Position numbers and translations under genes: made by a program. From Bacteroidales bacterium (GTDB lineage: Bacteria > Bacteroidota > Bacteroidia > Bacteroidales > UBA1715), in contig JAZRVS010000045.1 in NCBI GenBank assembly GCA_045599365.1, forward strand, positions 37,375 to 101,374: DNA of 64,000 nucleotides. Reading direction: 5' to 3'. This document shows, in pieces, positions 1 to 10,200 of this stretch. The notes under the pieces are model-generated. The model did not search any database and had not been told where the DNA came from. It was given only the letters and a program-made list of their open reading frames with translations. Positions within the stretch are counted from its first letter, which is position 1. Each line of letters starts with the position of its first letter.

Positions 1-1
1 A

Positions 2-466
2 GCGGTTTATTATGAAATTCGTCAAGAAAAGTATAATGATATAACTACATATTTTTTGCTTGGTTGGAGACCAAACACCATTTATACGCAGAAGAAAGTG
101 ATAGAAACATTTCGTTTTGATAAAAAAGATAAACCAGAATTCGGACATCAAGTTATAGAATTAAAGGGTAGTGGATACAAAAAACGTGTTGTATTTGAAT
201 ATTCGGCAACACAAACAATGATGCTTCGCTACGAAAAAAAGAAAAAAATGATAGTACTTGACCATATTGCTCCTTCGGATCCTCGTTATGAAGGAATATA
301 TGAATATTATGGTCCAGATTTTTCTATTGATGGATATAAATTTAAACAGGGGAAACTTCGCTATGTTTCTGATATAGACTTACATAGTCCTCGTCAGAAG
401 TTCTCTGATTATATCCCTGAAAAGTTAAAAAAGAAGAAAAAACATCCTGAAGAAACGAGTTTTTAA
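2..466 (+). CDS. hypothetical protein, N-terminus cut by window edge; Lys-rich tail
   Basis: The frame of track ORF 56..466 stays open back to nt 2 (AVYYEIRQEKYNDITTYF...). Stop at 464-466. No family motif recognised. Confidence 0.5.
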   Translation, partial: AVYYEIRQEKYNDITTYFLLGWRPNTIYTQKKVIETFRFDKKDKPEFGHQVIELKGSGYKKRVVFEYSATQTMMLRYEKKKKMIVLDHIAPSDPRYEGIYEYYGPDFSIDGYKFKQGKLRYVSDIDLHSPRQKFSDYIPEKLKKKKKHPEETSF

Positions 467-471
467 TAACT

Positions 472-1191
472 ATGTTTGTTGAGACTGACGCGGTAGTTCT
501 CCATACCATCAAGTATTCTGAAACAAGTGTGATTGCTCATCTTTATACGGAGCAGTTTGGCAATGGAACGTATATCATGAATGGGGTACGTACCAATCGT
601 TCCAAAATGGCAATGTTTCAACCCCTTTCGCTTGTCCATATCACAGCATATCGAAAAAAAGGAATCAATCAAATTCATAGAATTTCGTCAATATCGTTTA
701 TTTCAGTTCCCACGAGCATAAATTCCAATATTTATAAATCAACAATTTCACTTTTTATAGGCGAAATAACAGATAGAATTTTTAGAGAAGAGGAACAATC
801 AGAAATACTCTTTAAGTTCTTGAGAATGTTCGTTTTACTATTGGAACATTCCGAACAAAATTATACGAATTTACACATTTTGTATATGCTTCATATTACT
901 CGATTTTTAGGTGTTTTTCCTAAAAATACGTATTCGGAATTTACAACAGTTTTTTCTCCTTTCCAAGGTCAATTTGTTGCTCATGGAAGTTGCGATGGTA
1001 CTTTGTCGCCAGAAGATAGTTTGTTGTTTAATAAGATTTTACAAACCAATGAACTGACCGATGAGGTCCCGTTATCACAAAAAGAAAGAAGAAAATTACT
1101 TGATATTTTGATTTCATATTTTGATATTCATGTTTGTAAAACTCAAAATATCAAGTCGTTGGAGGTTTTGCAAATGGTTTTTGAAAATTAG
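472..1191 (+). CDS. recO: DNA repair protein RecO
   Basis: 239 aa. The N-terminal OB-fold-like stretch ETDAVVLHTIKYSETSVIAHLYTEQFG is typical of RecO. Starts 5 nt after the preceding stop. Confidence 0.8.
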   Translation: MFVETDAVVLHTIKYSETSVIAHLYTEQFGNGTYIMNGVRTNRSKMAMFQPLSLVHITAYRKKGINQIHRISSISFISVPTSINSNIYKSTISLFIGEITDRIFREEEQSEILFKFLRMFVLLLEHSEQNYTNLHILYMLHITRFLGVFPKNTYSEFTTVFSPFQGQFVAHGSCDGTLSPEDSLLFNKILQTNELTDEVPLSQKERRKLLDILISYFDIHVCKTQNIKSLEVLQMVFEN

Positions 1192-1230
1192 AAGCTGAAG
1201 AAGAAGTATTGTAATTTCAAATTAGAAGTG

Positions 1231-1238
1231 TATATTTG
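1231..1238 (+). promoter_or_regulatory. Bacteroidota -7 promoter box TATATTTG (TAnnTTTG) for metK
   Basis: Exact match to the TAnnTTTG consensus about 125 nt upstream of the metK ATG. Implies a long 5' leader. Confidence 0.5.
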
Positions 1239-1362
1239 CATTTGATAAGTGGAAAGATTTGAGTTGATTGCAACCACACAAAAAAATGCTAAAACAGCAA
1301 GTGCTGCATTTTCCAATTCTTCCCTTTTAATTCTTAAATTTAAATTTTTAATTCTTAATTAA

Positions 1363-2625
1363 ATGGGTTATTTGTTTACTTCAGAATCGGTTTCGGAAGG
1401 TCATCCAGACAAAGTTGCCGATCAAATTTCAGACGCTGTTCTTGATGCTTATTTGAGTCAGGATTCAACGTCAAAAGTTGCGTGCGAAACATTAGTAACA
1501 ACTGGTTTAACGGTTCTTAGTGGCGAAATCAAAAGTAAGGGAATCGTTGATGTTCAAGAAGTTGCTCGTAAAGTTATCAATCAAATTGGTTATAACAAAT
1601 CGGAATACAAATTTGATGGCGATTCGTGTGGCGTAATTTCTTCGCTTCATGCTCAATCGGCCGACATCAATCAAGGTGTTGAACGTGCAAATCCAGAAGA
1701 ACAAGGTGCTGGAGACCAAGGTATGATGTTTGGGTATGCAATTGACGAAACCGAGAATTATATGCCGTTGACATTGGATATTGCTCATCGTTTGTTGGAA
1801 AAACTTGCCGAAGTTCGTAAGGCTGGTAGAGTGATGAAATATCTTCGACCAGATTCAAAATCACAAGTTACAATTGAATACGATTCAAAAAATAACAAAG
1901 CTTTAAGAATCGACACAATCGTAATTTCTACGCAGCACGATGATTTTGGCGTTTCTGATGCTGAAACGCAAGCAAAAATTGCCGAAGATTTACGAAAATA
2001 TGTGATAAAACCAGTTCGTTTGAGCTATCCAAAACGTCTTCACAAATTGTTTGACCAAGATTTCAAATTTATGGTAAACCCAACGGGAAAATTTGTTATT
2101 GGTGGTCCTCACGGAGACACTGGATTAACTGGTCGTAAGATTATAGTTGACACATACGGTGGTCGTGGTGCTCATGGTGGCGGTGCATTCTCAGGAAAAG
2201 ATTCGTCAAAAGTTGACAGAAGTGCTGCCTATGCCGCTCGTCATATTGCCAAGAACTTGGTTGCTGCTGGTGTCGCTCACGAATGTTTGGTACAAGTTTC
2301 ATACGCAATTGGTGTTGCAAAACCAGTGAATATTTATGTAAATACTTACGGAACTTGTCGCGTAAAAAAAGCTGATGGAAAAAAATTCACCGACGAAGAA
2401 ATAGCAAATGTAGTTGCAAAATTGTTTGACCTACGACCAATTGCTATCGTAAAACGTTTTGGTTTAACAAATCCTATTTTCCAAGCAACTGCTTCGTATG
2501 GACATTTTGGTAGAACACCAGAAATGAAAGAAGTTGAAATCAACGGAAAAATGAAAAAAGTTCAATTCTTTGGTTGGGAATTGTTGGATTACGTTGAGAA
2601 AATAAAGAAAGAATTCAATTTATAG
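1363..2625 (+). CDS. metK: S-adenosylmethionine synthetase
   Basis: Motifs [28 protein letters not shown] and [18 protein letters not shown]. 420 aa. Confidence 0.97.
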   Translation: MGYLFTSESVSEGHPDKVADQISDAVLDAYLSQDSTSKVACETLVTTGLTVLSGEIKSKGIVDVQEVARKVINQIGYNKSEYKFDGDSCGVISSLHAQSADINQGVERANPEEQGAGDQGMMFGYAIDETENYMPLTLDIAHRLLEKLAEVRKAGRVMKYLRPDSKSQVTIEYDSKNNKALRIDTIVISTQHDDFGVSDAETQAKIAEDLRKYVIKPVRLSYPKRLHKLFDQDFKFMVNPTGKFVIGGPHGDTGLTGRKIIVDTYGGRGAHGGGAFSGKDSSKVDRSAAYAARHIAKNLVAAGVAHECLVQVSYAIGVAKPVNIYVNTYGTCRVKKADGKKFTDEEIANVVAKLFDLRPIAIVKRFGLTNPIFQATASYGHFGRTPEMKEVEINGKMKKVQFFGWELLDYVEKIKKEFNL

Positions 2626-2632
2626 TACTATT

Positions 2633-2661
2633 GAGAGACGGTGCGAGCATCGTCTCTTTTC
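2633..2661 (+). terminator. hairpin terminator after metK
   Basis: AGAGACG (2634-2640) pairs with CGTCTCT (2651-2657) around a 10-nt loop, followed by TTT. Begins 8 nt after the metK stop. Confidence 0.6.
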
Positions 2662-2670
2662 CCTCGTATA

Positions 2671-3249
2671 ATGAAACGTCTCATATTTTTTCTTTCAATT
2701 GTTTGTATTGTCTTTCAGGCATGTGAGGAACGCGATATAAAAGTCCCAAAACAACGTGGCTATTTTCGTATAGATTTACCCGAACGGAATTATGTGCAAT
2801 TTTCAGAAACTGATTTTCCATATACGTTTAATGTGCCTTCGTACGCAAAAGTAGAAAAAGATACTGATGCTGGGGCAGAACCATATTGGGTAAATGTGCA
2901 GTTTCCAACTATGAAGGCTACAATACACATTAGTTATCAAAAGTTGCAAAACAATTTGGGCGAAATTGTTGATGACGTTCATTATTTGGCTTTTAAACAC
3001 GAAGTTCGTGCTGACGCAATCAACACGAAAGAATTCCATTACGATGAAAAAAATGTTCACGGATTGTTGTTTGATATAAAAGGAGATGCAGCATCGGTGA
3101 TGCAATTTTGTGTAATCGATAGTACAAAGAATTTTGTTCGCGGTGCATTGTATTTCAATGTCCCACCGAATAAGGATTCGCTTGCTCCTGTTGTCAATTT
3201 CGTTCGTGAAGATATTATAGAACTAATAAGTTCATTTGAATGGAAATAA
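2671..3249 (+). CDS. gldD: gliding motility lipoprotein GldD
   Basis: Lipoprotein signal MKRLIFFLSIVCIVFQAC. PKQRGYFRIDLP and the C-terminal FVRGALYFNVPPNKDSLAPVVNFVREDI...FEWK resemble Flavobacterium GldD. Start moved to ATG 2671 because the track start (2641) lies inside the metK terminator hairpin. Confidence 0.7.
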   Translation: MKRLIFFLSIVCIVFQACEERDIKVPKQRGYFRIDLPERNYVQFSETDFPYTFNVPSYAKVEKDTDAGAEPYWVNVQFPTMKATIHISYQKLQNNLGEIVDDVHYLAFKHEVRADAINTKEFHYDEKNVHGLLFDIKGDAASVMQFCVIDSTKNFVRGALYFNVPPNKDSLAPVVNFVREDIIELISSFEWK

Positions 3250-3274
3250 ATAGAGATTGTAAACGATTCGGAGT

Positions 3275-4300
3275 ATGGCAAAAATATTAGTTACTGGAGG
3301 TCTTGGATATATAGGTTCTCATACTGTTGTTGAATTGCAACAGTCTGGTTATGAGGTTGTTATAGTTGATAATCTTTCAAATTCAGAAATAACGGTTCTT
3401 GATGGAATAGAGTCAATTACAGGAATTCGACCAGCATTTGAGCAACTTGATATTTGTGATGAGGTCTCATTTCAAAATTGTTTAACAAAATACCAAGGTA
3501 TTGATGCTGTAATTCATTTTGCAGCATTCAAAGCTGTGGGAGAGTCGGTTGCAAAATCGTTGGACTATTACAAAAATAATGTGTTCGGTCTTATTCAATT
3601 GCTAACATTGATGAGAAAGAATGGTATTAAAAATATCATCTTTTCTTCTTCGTGTACGGTATATGGCCAACCCGATACATTACCAATTGATGAAACTGCA
3701 CCTCGAAAGCCAGCAACTTCTCCATACGGCAACACAAAACAAATGTGTGAAGATATTATTCGAGATGCCATTATATCATACCATGATATAAATGCTATTT
3801 TACTTCGTTATTTTAATCCAATTGGCGCTCACTCATCTGCAAAAATAGGCGAGTTACCTAAGGGAGTTCCAAATAATTTGGTGCCATTTGTAACGCAAAC
3901 AGCGGCAGGAATCCGTAAAGAATTGTCTGTTTTTGGAGATGATTACAGTACCCCTGATGGTTCGGCAATTCGAGATTATATTTATGTGGTTGACTTGGCG
4001 AAAGCTCACGTAAAAGCAATGCAACGTCTTTTGTCTGGTAATAATAGAACAGAACTTGAGATTTTTAATCTTGGGACAGGTAAAGGAGTGTCTGTTTTAG
4101 AGTTGGTAAATGCATTTATGAAAGCAACAGGTGTGAATTTGCCATATAAAATTGTTGGTCGTCGTGATGGTGATACCGAACAGGTTTGGGCAGACAATTC
4201 TTTGGCAGAAAAAGAACTTGGATGGACAGCTAAAACACCTTTGAATGATGTGCTTGCATCAGCGTGGAATTGGGAAAAGAAAGTTAGAAATATTAAATAA
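3275..4300 (+). CDS. galE: UDP-glucose 4-epimerase
   Basis: Rossmann motif TGGLGYIGSH and SDR catalytic SPYGNTK (YxxxK). 341 aa. Confidence 0.9.
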   Translation: MAKILVTGGLGYIGSHTVVELQQSGYEVVIVDNLSNSEITVLDGIESITGIRPAFEQLDICDEVSFQNCLTKYQGIDAVIHFAAFKAVGESVAKSLDYYKNNVFGLIQLLTLMRKNGIKNIIFSSSCTVYGQPDTLPIDETAPRKPATSPYGNTKQMCEDIIRDAIISYHDINAILLRYFNPIGAHSSAKIGELPKGVPNNLVPFVTQTAAGIRKELSVFGDDYSTPDGSAIRDYIYVVDLAKAHVKAMQRLLSGNNRTELEIFNLGTGKGVSVLELVNAFMKATGVNLPYKIVGRRDGDTEQVWADNSLAEKELGWTAKTPLNDVLASAWNWEKKVRNIK

Positions 4301-4307
4301 AATCGGT

Positions 4308-5063
4308 ATGAATAAGCCAGTTTTTATTGCAGGACCTTGCGTGATTGAATCTATGGAACTTCTTGAAGAAGTTGCTACCGAATTAGTAAGGTTGAACAAG
4401 AAATATAATATTGATATTATCTTCAAAGCTTCGTTTGACAAGGCTAATAGAACGTCTTTACAATCGTTTCGTGGACCAGGAATGGAAAAAGGGTTGCAAA
4501 TGTTGTCGGTCATAAAATCAAAGTATGGCTTAAAATTGTTGACTGACATACACGAATCTGTTCAGGCTGAACCAGTTGGCAAAGTTGTTGATGTGTTGCA
4601 AATTCCTGCTTTTTTGTGCCGTCAAACTGATTTGTTGGTTGCTGCAGCAAAAACTGGTAAAATAGTAAATATAAAAAAGGCTCAATTCCTTTCTGGTATT
4701 GATATGCAATTTCCTGTAGAAAAAGTTCGTGAAACGGGGAATAATCAGGTATGGTTAACAGAAAGAGGAAATATGTATGGTTACAATAATTTAGCCGTTG
4801 ATTTTCGCAATATAGCCGATATGAAGCAATTTACGTCAACTGTAATAATGGATTGTACTCATTCGGTTCAACGACCAGGCGCTGCAGGTGGAAAAACTGG
4901 TGGTGATAGACAGTTCGTTCCTGCTATGGCTTTGGCAGCAAAGGCTTTTGGAGCAAGTGGTTATTTCTTTGAAATACATCCAAATCCAGAAATAGCAAAG
5001 AGTGATGGCCCCAATATGCTTTACCTGCATGATTTTGAAAGCGTTGTGGAGAGTTTGTTGTAA
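4308..5063 (+). CDS. kdsA: 3-deoxy-8-phosphooctulonate (KDO8P) synthase
   Basis: FIAGPCVIES, FKASFDKANRTS and LQIPAFLCRQTDLL. Start set to ATG 4308 (MNKPVF...) because the 4245 extension overlaps the galE end. Confidence 0.9.
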   Translation: MNKPVFIAGPCVIESMELLEEVATELVRLNKKYNIDIIFKASFDKANRTSLQSFRGPGMEKGLQMLSVIKSKYGLKLLTDIHESVQAEPVGKVVDVLQIPAFLCRQTDLLVAAAKTGKIVNIKKAQFLSGIDMQFPVEKVRETGNNQVWLTERGNMYGYNNLAVDFRNIADMKQFTSTVIMDCTHSVQRPGAAGGKTGGDRQFVPAMALAAKAFGASGYFFEIHPNPEIAKSDGPNMLYLHDFESVVESLL

Positions 5064-5068
5064 TACAA

Positions 5069-6091
5069 TTAATTCCGTTCTTTGTACACTTCGGTGAAGT
5101 TTAGAATATTCATTTTGTTGGTGTAAATTCCTTTTACATTGGAACGAATAATGTTATACAATTTGCCATTTCCATGCAGGTTTACACCATTAGACTCCAT
5201 TATTTCATAATTGATAGAATCAGGTATTAGTTGCTGAATAGTGGCAATTTTACTGCCAGAAACGAGAAGCATTGCGTCAATTTCGTTATCTACGAATAAA
5301 TCTATTGTTGATTCAAAATCGGGGACACGCGTAATGACAATTGAATCAAGATAGGGCAAACGATTCCTCTTGCTATCAAATTTATAATACTGAGGATTTC
5401 GTACGAAAATAAAATGTGTGCTATCTGCATGATATTTGAACGGACCAACACCAACAGTTGATTTGTTTCCATATTTTTCTACAGCTTCAAAAGGAATAAT
5501 TGCAGCAGAGGGATGAGACAAATTTTGAATGAAACGAGGAGATGGCTTGTCTAATGTAATTTTTAATGTGTAATCATCAATTATGCTAATTCCTTCTATT
5601 CTGCTGGTATCACGCACTTCTTTAGGAAGTGAATAATACTCTTTTGCTCCCTTGATATGGTAAACCGTATTTGTAAAATTCGTTGTTCCAATTGTAGGAT
5701 TTGACAGAATGTGAAATGTGTATTTTACGTCGTATGCGTTGACATTTCTTGTACCATTAGGGAAACAATCATCTTTTGTGAAAACTGCCGTAGAGTCAAG
5801 GTGAAAAATATAAACAAGACCTGTGTTATCTACATCCCACGATTTGCATAAAGAATTTTCTATTGAAAGTGAAAAAGGATTTATAGAAAACAATCCATCA
5901 TAAAAAATACCACCAAGCATTTTTTCTAAATCGCAAACAATGGTTGGCGAAAAAATATAATCATCAAATGTAACATCGTAAATTGCAAGTCGAAGAGTCC
6001 CACCATATTTGTCATACTTGTTTTGAGTGCGTTTTGAAGAACACGAAAACAACAATATTAAGCATAAACAATAAAGTAGAACCTTTTTCAT
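5069..6091 (-). CDS. family-5 solute-binding-protein-like lipoprotein (short, orphan)
   Basis: Lipobox LLFSCSS. GGTLRLA...LCKSWDVDNTGLVYIFHLDSTAVF...NAYDVKYTF matches the N-terminal lobe pattern of SBP_bac_5. Only 340 aa, and no ABC permease or ATPase nearby. Confidence 0.55.
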   Translation of the reverse strand: MKKVLLYCLCLILLFSCSSKRTQNKYDKYGGTLRLAIYDVTFDDYIFSPTIVCDLEKMLGGIFYDGLFSINPFSLSIENSLCKSWDVDNTGLVYIFHLDSTAVFTKDDCFPNGTRNVNAYDVKYTFHILSNPTIGTTNFTNTVYHIKGAKEYYSLPKEVRDTSRIEGISIIDDYTLKITLDKPSPRFIQNLSHPSAAIIPFEAVEKYGNKSTVGVGPFKYHADSTHFIFVRNPQYYKFDSKRNRLPYLDSIVITRVPDFESTIDLFVDNEIDAMLLVSGSKIATIQQLIPDSINYEIMESNGVNLHGNGKLYNIIRSNVKGIYTNKMNILNFTEVYKERN

Positions 6092-6525
6092 ATTTTTTGG
6101 AACAACGACTTAAAAATTAATTTTTGTCGAGATTTAAAGTTGCTATATTCAACTTGTTGTGTGTATATAATAGACGTGTTGTTCGCTAATTTTTTTTGAT
6201 ATTCCGCTATTTGTTCTTTTCCTCCAGAAGGAGAAATTTTTAGAAAAAAATTGATATTCTTCATAAAATCAACGAAAGGACCTCCATTTGTTTGGTTGTC
6301 AATAATAGTGAATGTTACATTCCGTATTTCATCGTAATATGAAAATCGTAAGGGCTTTACAATTTGTCCCGATGGCAAAACAACGTCTATTTGTTCTTGT
6401 GCTTGTAGTTCTACTTGAAAAGTTGTGTTGACAAAGTCGCAAAATTGAAAGTCTCGTAAATTTGTGCTTATTGCAAAAATTACGTTTTCTTCTTCTACAT
6501 TTAATTTTATTGTGGCTTTTGGCAT
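6088..6525 (-). CDS. hypothetical protein (145 aa)
   Basis: ORF with 4-nt and 1-nt overlaps to its neighbours on the same strand. No motif recognised. Confidence 0.4.
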   Translation of the reverse strand: MPKATIKLNVEEENVIFAISTNLRDFQFCDFVNTTFQVELQAQEQIDVVLPSGQIVKPLRFSYYDEIRNVTFTIIDNQTNGGPFVDFMKNINFFLKISPSGGKEQIAEYQKKLANNTSIIYTQQVEYSNFKSRQKLIFKSLFQKI

Positions 6526-7256
6526 TATTTAAAATCCTTTAAGAAAAATAACAAACTTAACCAGCAATCTTCATTCGCTTTTGATGTCCACCAAAGCGTT
6601 TTTGCCCCGTGTTCTCCCTCTGTGCTACTTGGTTTGAAAAGAACGCGTTTACTTGAGGTGATACCACTTACTAATTTTGAGACATATTCATATTCTGAAC
6701 GAGTACAAGCCACATACGTTGGCGTTTCAAGACCTTTTATGTAGTCGCCTACTACTAATTCGTTGAAAAATTCTCCTGGGCTATATGCAATTACTGCGGC
6801 AAGATTTCCCTTGTCCTTTGCTATTTTTAAACAAAGAGAACCAGAAAAAGAACTTCCCATTAAAAATATTTCTGCTGTTGAATCAATAGAATATACATAA
6901 TCTATTGACGCAAGAATGTCTTTCTCGCAGTCCAACATAGAATGAGGAATTTCTTTAACTTTTGCAGACATTGCCGTCTCGTTGTTTACGTAATTTACTT
7001 CGTTTCCATATCGTAAATCAACAGCAATACAATTGATGTCAAGTTTTATAATTCGCGATGCAATTTGTTGGTATTCTGCACGACTATACTCTGCTTGATG
7101 AAACATCAACATATATTTGTTTGATGTTGCGTATGTGTCATAAAAATCAGCAGTGATTTCCAATCCATCTGATGCTGTGTATGAAACGATTCGTTGCGCA
7201 AAGACAACATTTGATGCGATTAAGAATAATAAGAGTATGTAAATATTTTTTTTCAT
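6525..7256 (-). CDS. secreted alpha/beta hydrolase (dienelactone-hydrolase-like)
   Basis: Signal peptide MKKNIYILLLFLIASNVVFAQ. Nucleophile-elbow-like LMGSSFSGS. C-terminal EGEHG histidine region. Confidence 0.55.
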   Translation of the reverse strand: MKKNIYILLLFLIASNVVFAQRIVSYTASDGLEITADFYDTYATSNKYMLMFHQAEYSRAEYQQIASRIIKLDINCIAVDLRYGNEVNYVNNETAMSAKVKEIPHSMLDCEKDILASIDYVYSIDSTAEIFLMGSSFSGSLCLKIAKDKGNLAAVIAYSPGEFFNELVVGDYIKGLETPTYVACTRSEYEYVSKLVSGITSSKRVLFKPSSTEGEHGAKTLWWTSKANEDCWLSLLFFLKDFK

Positions 7257-7318
7257 TTTCTATTTGAGAGATTCCTACAAATATGACAATTTTTTGTTGG
7301 TTTTCAAAATAGACCAAC

Positions 7319-8035
7319 CTAATTAATGTGTTTTACAATTTGTTTTGCTAATCGTGCTAAATAAATATCGCAAATTTGGTCAAGATCGTTCACTTTTGCC
7401 GAAAATGTTGTTGTTGCCACATCTCCTGCAACAAATTTGCCAAGAGAATTGTAAATTACATAATTTACTTTTATAGTTCGTACATACGAATTGTCTGCAA
7501 CAGTGTATGGATTTGAAAAGTCTCCAAGAAGTTCAAATTGAGTAAGATACAAAATGTATTGAGCTTGATATGTTTGGGTCAAATCACTAAATAACTGAGG
7601 ATCTTGTAATTTGACATTGACGATTTTGTCGCTAATATCGCTTTTAGGTGAAACAATTTCGCCTGCAATAATATTTTGGTTTGGACCAGAACTTTTGAGT
7701 GGCTTATTGATGTCTGAAACATTTTTCGTATCGGAAAAATAATACGTTGCATTTTTGTGAACAACTTCCAAATCAGTTGTTGCATCGGTTGTGTAAGTCC
7801 GAAGCAAACTTGAAACACTCAAAGAGTCTTTTAGTGCTGCATAAATGTGAAAATCAAGACTTGTGCGGATTTTTTCTATAGACTTGTCATAACTTACATC
7901 TGAATATTTGCAAATTTTTTCCGATTCTTGATTATTGTACATTTTTACATCAAATGGGATAACAAGAACAGCTTTTTGCCCCAAACAAGCTAACGTAAAG
8001 AATGATACAATTAATAGAGATATGTATTTTTTCAT
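7319..8035 (-). CDS. hypothetical secreted protein/lipoprotein
   Basis: Start set to MKKYISLLIVSFFTLACLGQ (ATG at 8033-8035). No family recognised. Confidence 0.45.
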   Translation of the reverse strand: MKKYISLLIVSFFTLACLGQKAVLVIPFDVKMYNNQESEKICKYSDVSYDKSIEKIRTSLDFHIYAALKDSLSVSSLLRTYTTDATTDLEVVHKNATYYFSDTKNVSDINKPLKSSGPNQNIIAGEIVSPKSDISDKIVNVKLQDPQLFSDLTQTYQAQYILYLTQFELLGDFSNPYTVADNSYVRTIKVNYVIYNSLGKFVAGDVATTTFSAKVNDLDQICDIYLARLAKQIVKHIN

Positions 8036-8084
8036 TTTTGTAATGATAATATAAACGAGTGAAAGGTACAAAAATGTTATAAGT

Positions 8085-9446
8085 CTAACAACAAATTGAT
8101 GCTATTTCATCTTTGTCCATTAAATTTTGTTCTCCTGTCGTCATATTTTTTACAAGTACTTTGTTTTGCGACATTTCGTCTTCACCTACAATTGCAACAA
8201 ATGGAATATGACGTTCGTTGGCAAATTGCATTTGTTTTTTCATTTTTGACGCATCTGGATACAATTCGCAAGAAATTCCTTTATCGCGTAATTTTTTGAT
8301 AATTGGAAGGATATATGCAGCTTCTGTATTGCCAAAGTTTACAAATAGAATTTTTGTTGATTCTATAGTATCTGTTGGATATGCATTTAATTGATTAAGA
8401 ACGTCGTAAATTCTATCTGCTCCAAAGGAAATGCCAACACCTGAAAGTCCAGGCATTCCGAAAATTCCAGTCAAGTTATCGTAACGTCCGCCACCACAAA
8501 TACTTCCCATTTCAACATCATTTGCTTTAACTTCAAATATCGCACCTGTGTAATAATTTAATCCGCGAGCAAGAGTTAAATCAAGTTGTAAAGTTGCTTT
8601 TATATCAACATTCTTTAACATTCCAAAAATGTATTCCAATTCTTCAATGCCTTTCATTCCTGTTTCAGAAGAAGATAGAGTCTTTTTGAGTTTTGCAAAT
8701 TTTTCTTCGTTATTACCTTGCAATAGAATAATTGGTTGCAGAGTATTAACCTTATCTTGAGATAATCCTTTGTCAAGTAATTCGGCATTTACGTTTTCTA
8801 TGCCGATTTTGTCAAGTTTATCAATTGCGACTGTTATGTCAACAATTTTCTCGGGTTCTCCAATAATTTCTGCTATTCCCGAAAGAATTTTTCTGTTGTT
8901 GATTTTTACAGTGATGTTTATTCCAAATTTTGAAAAAACTGTGTCAACAATTTGAACAAGTTCAACTTCGTTTAGTAACGAGTTGCTACCAACAATATCA
9001 GCATCACATTGGTAAAACTCACGATATCGCCCTTTTTGTGGTCGGTCTGCGCGCCAAACAGGTTGAATTTGGTATCGTTTGAATGGTAATTGAATTTCGT
9101 TGCGATGCATCACAACAAAGCGAGCAAATGGCACTGTTAAATCGTAGCGAAGTGCTTTCTCACAAAATTTGTTGGCTAACTGGAGTGCTGTTGCGTTTGC
9201 GTAATCGTTTGCCTCTGTCCCTTGTTTGAAATCACCAGAATTTAATATTTTAAAAATAAGTCTGTCACCTTCTTCGCCATATTTCCCCATAAGCGTCTGC
9301 ATAGTTTCCATAGCAGGTGTTTCAATAGGTAAATATCCGTATGTTTTATAAACAGAACGAATTGTGTCAAAAATATAGTTTCTCTTCATCATTTCTGAAG
9401 GAGAAAAATCTCGAGTTCCCTTTGGAATAGAAGGTTGTTGTGCCAT
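8085..9446 (-). CDS. hisS: histidine--tRNA ligase
   Basis: Class II aaRS motifs: [22 protein letters not shown] and FGADR. 453 aa. Confidence 0.95.
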   Translation of the reverse strand: MAQQPSIPKGTRDFSPSEMMKRNYIFDTIRSVYKTYGYLPIETPAMETMQTLMGKYGEEGDRLIFKILNSGDFKQGTEANDYANATALQLANKFCEKALRYDLTVPFARFVVMHRNEIQLPFKRYQIQPVWRADRPQKGRYREFYQCDADIVGSNSLLNEVELVQIVDTVFSKFGINITVKINNRKILSGIAEIIGEPEKIVDITVAIDKLDKIGIENVNAELLDKGLSQDKVNTLQPIILLQGNNEEKFAKLKKTLSSSETGMKGIEELEYIFGMLKNVDIKATLQLDLTLARGLNYYTGAIFEVKANDVEMGSICGGGRYDNLTGIFGMPGLSGVGISFGADRIYDVLNQLNAYPTDTIESTKILFVNFGNTEAAYILPIIKKLRDKGISCELYPDASKMKKQMQFANERHIPFVAIVGEDEMSQNKVLVKNMTTGEQNLMDKDEIASICC

Positions 9447-9630
9447 ACGCGTTATTTATTTTTTGGAATAATATGCAGATTGGTGTAATTCAAGTTGAAA
9501 TCTGATTACTGATACCTGACAACAAAAGTTGTGCTACCAAGATGTATATCATTACCTATTTTTTTACAAAGATATAAAAGATTAGGGAAAATAAAACGGT
9601 AACAATCAGTGTAGAGCAAACTCAATTGAT

Positions 9631-9638
9631 TACTTTTG
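9631..9638 (+). promoter_or_regulatory. -7 promoter box TACTTTTG for queH
   Basis: TAnnTTTG match 14 nt upstream of the GTG start at 9652. Confidence 0.45.
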
Positions 9639-9651
9639 CGAAAAGTTTTTT

Positions 9652-10200
9652 GTGAAAAAGATATTGCTTCATATTTGTTGCGCTCCGTGTGGTTCTGCTT
9701 CTGTTGAACGATTACTTGCAGAAGGTTGGGAGGTTACGTTGTATTATTTTATGCCCAATATATTCCCGTTTGAAGAATGGGAGAAACGGAAATCTTATGT
9801 GGAAAAGCTTGCACAACATTTTGACGTAGATGTTATTATTGGAGATTATAATCACGAGTTGTGGCGAGACAATGTTGTAGGTTTGGAACAAGAAAAAGAA
9901 GGCGGACATCGTTGTTATGTTTGTTTTAAGACATTGTTACAAGCTACCGCACAAAAGGCAGAAGAACTTGGATTTGAAAACTTTGCGACAACATTAACCA
10001 TTAGTCCTCATAAAAATTCTAATGTTATAAAAGAAATTGGAGAACAATATAACGGCTACACCCACTACGATTTTAAGAAAAAAGATGGTTATAAACGAAG
10101 CATTGAATTAAGCAAAGAATTAGATTTGTATCGTCAGTGTTATTGCGCTTGTGAGTTTAGTATGAATAGGGAGAAAACAGATGGAAATACAACCGAATAA
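9652..10200 (+). CDS. queH: epoxyqueuosine reductase QueH (DUF208)
   Basis: HICCAPCGS near the N-terminus, internal CYVC, and C-terminal CYCACEFS cysteine clusters. GTG start. Confidence 0.85.
   Translation: MKKILLHICCAPCGSASVERLLAEGWEVTLYYFMPNIFPFEEWEKRKSYVEKLAQHFDVDVIIGDYNHELWRDNVVGLEQEKEGGHRCYVCFKTLLQATAQKAEELGFENFATTLTISPHKNSNVIKEIGEQYNGYTHYDFKKKDGYKRSIELSKELDLYRQCYCACEFSMNREKTDGNTTE

Noticed and set aside
463-678. A 71-aa minus-strand ORF overlapping the recO start. Similar antisense ORFs occur inside metK (1507..1788, 1667..1864, 2346..2543), the gldD gene (2803..3105), ruvB (54402..54830, 54635..54883), the GH13 gene (23547..23951) and the PH-domain gene (25238..25702).
   Set aside because: Each is embedded antisense in a well-supported conserved gene, with no independent motif, promoter box or plausible start context.
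1192-1362. Calling a specific SAM riboswitch class (SAM-II/SAM-V) upstream of metK.
   Set aside because: AAAUGCUAAAA only loosely resembles the AAAGCU core I remember. I cannot reconstruct the pseudoknot with confidence, so it is kept only as an unassigned candidate in the findings.
6088-6525. Naming the 145-aa protein as an IPExxxVDY-family member on the basis of the C-terminal IIYTQQVEY.
   Set aside because: Only the spacing and two residues fit the family name motif, and I cannot verify it without a profile search. The protein is left as hypothetical.
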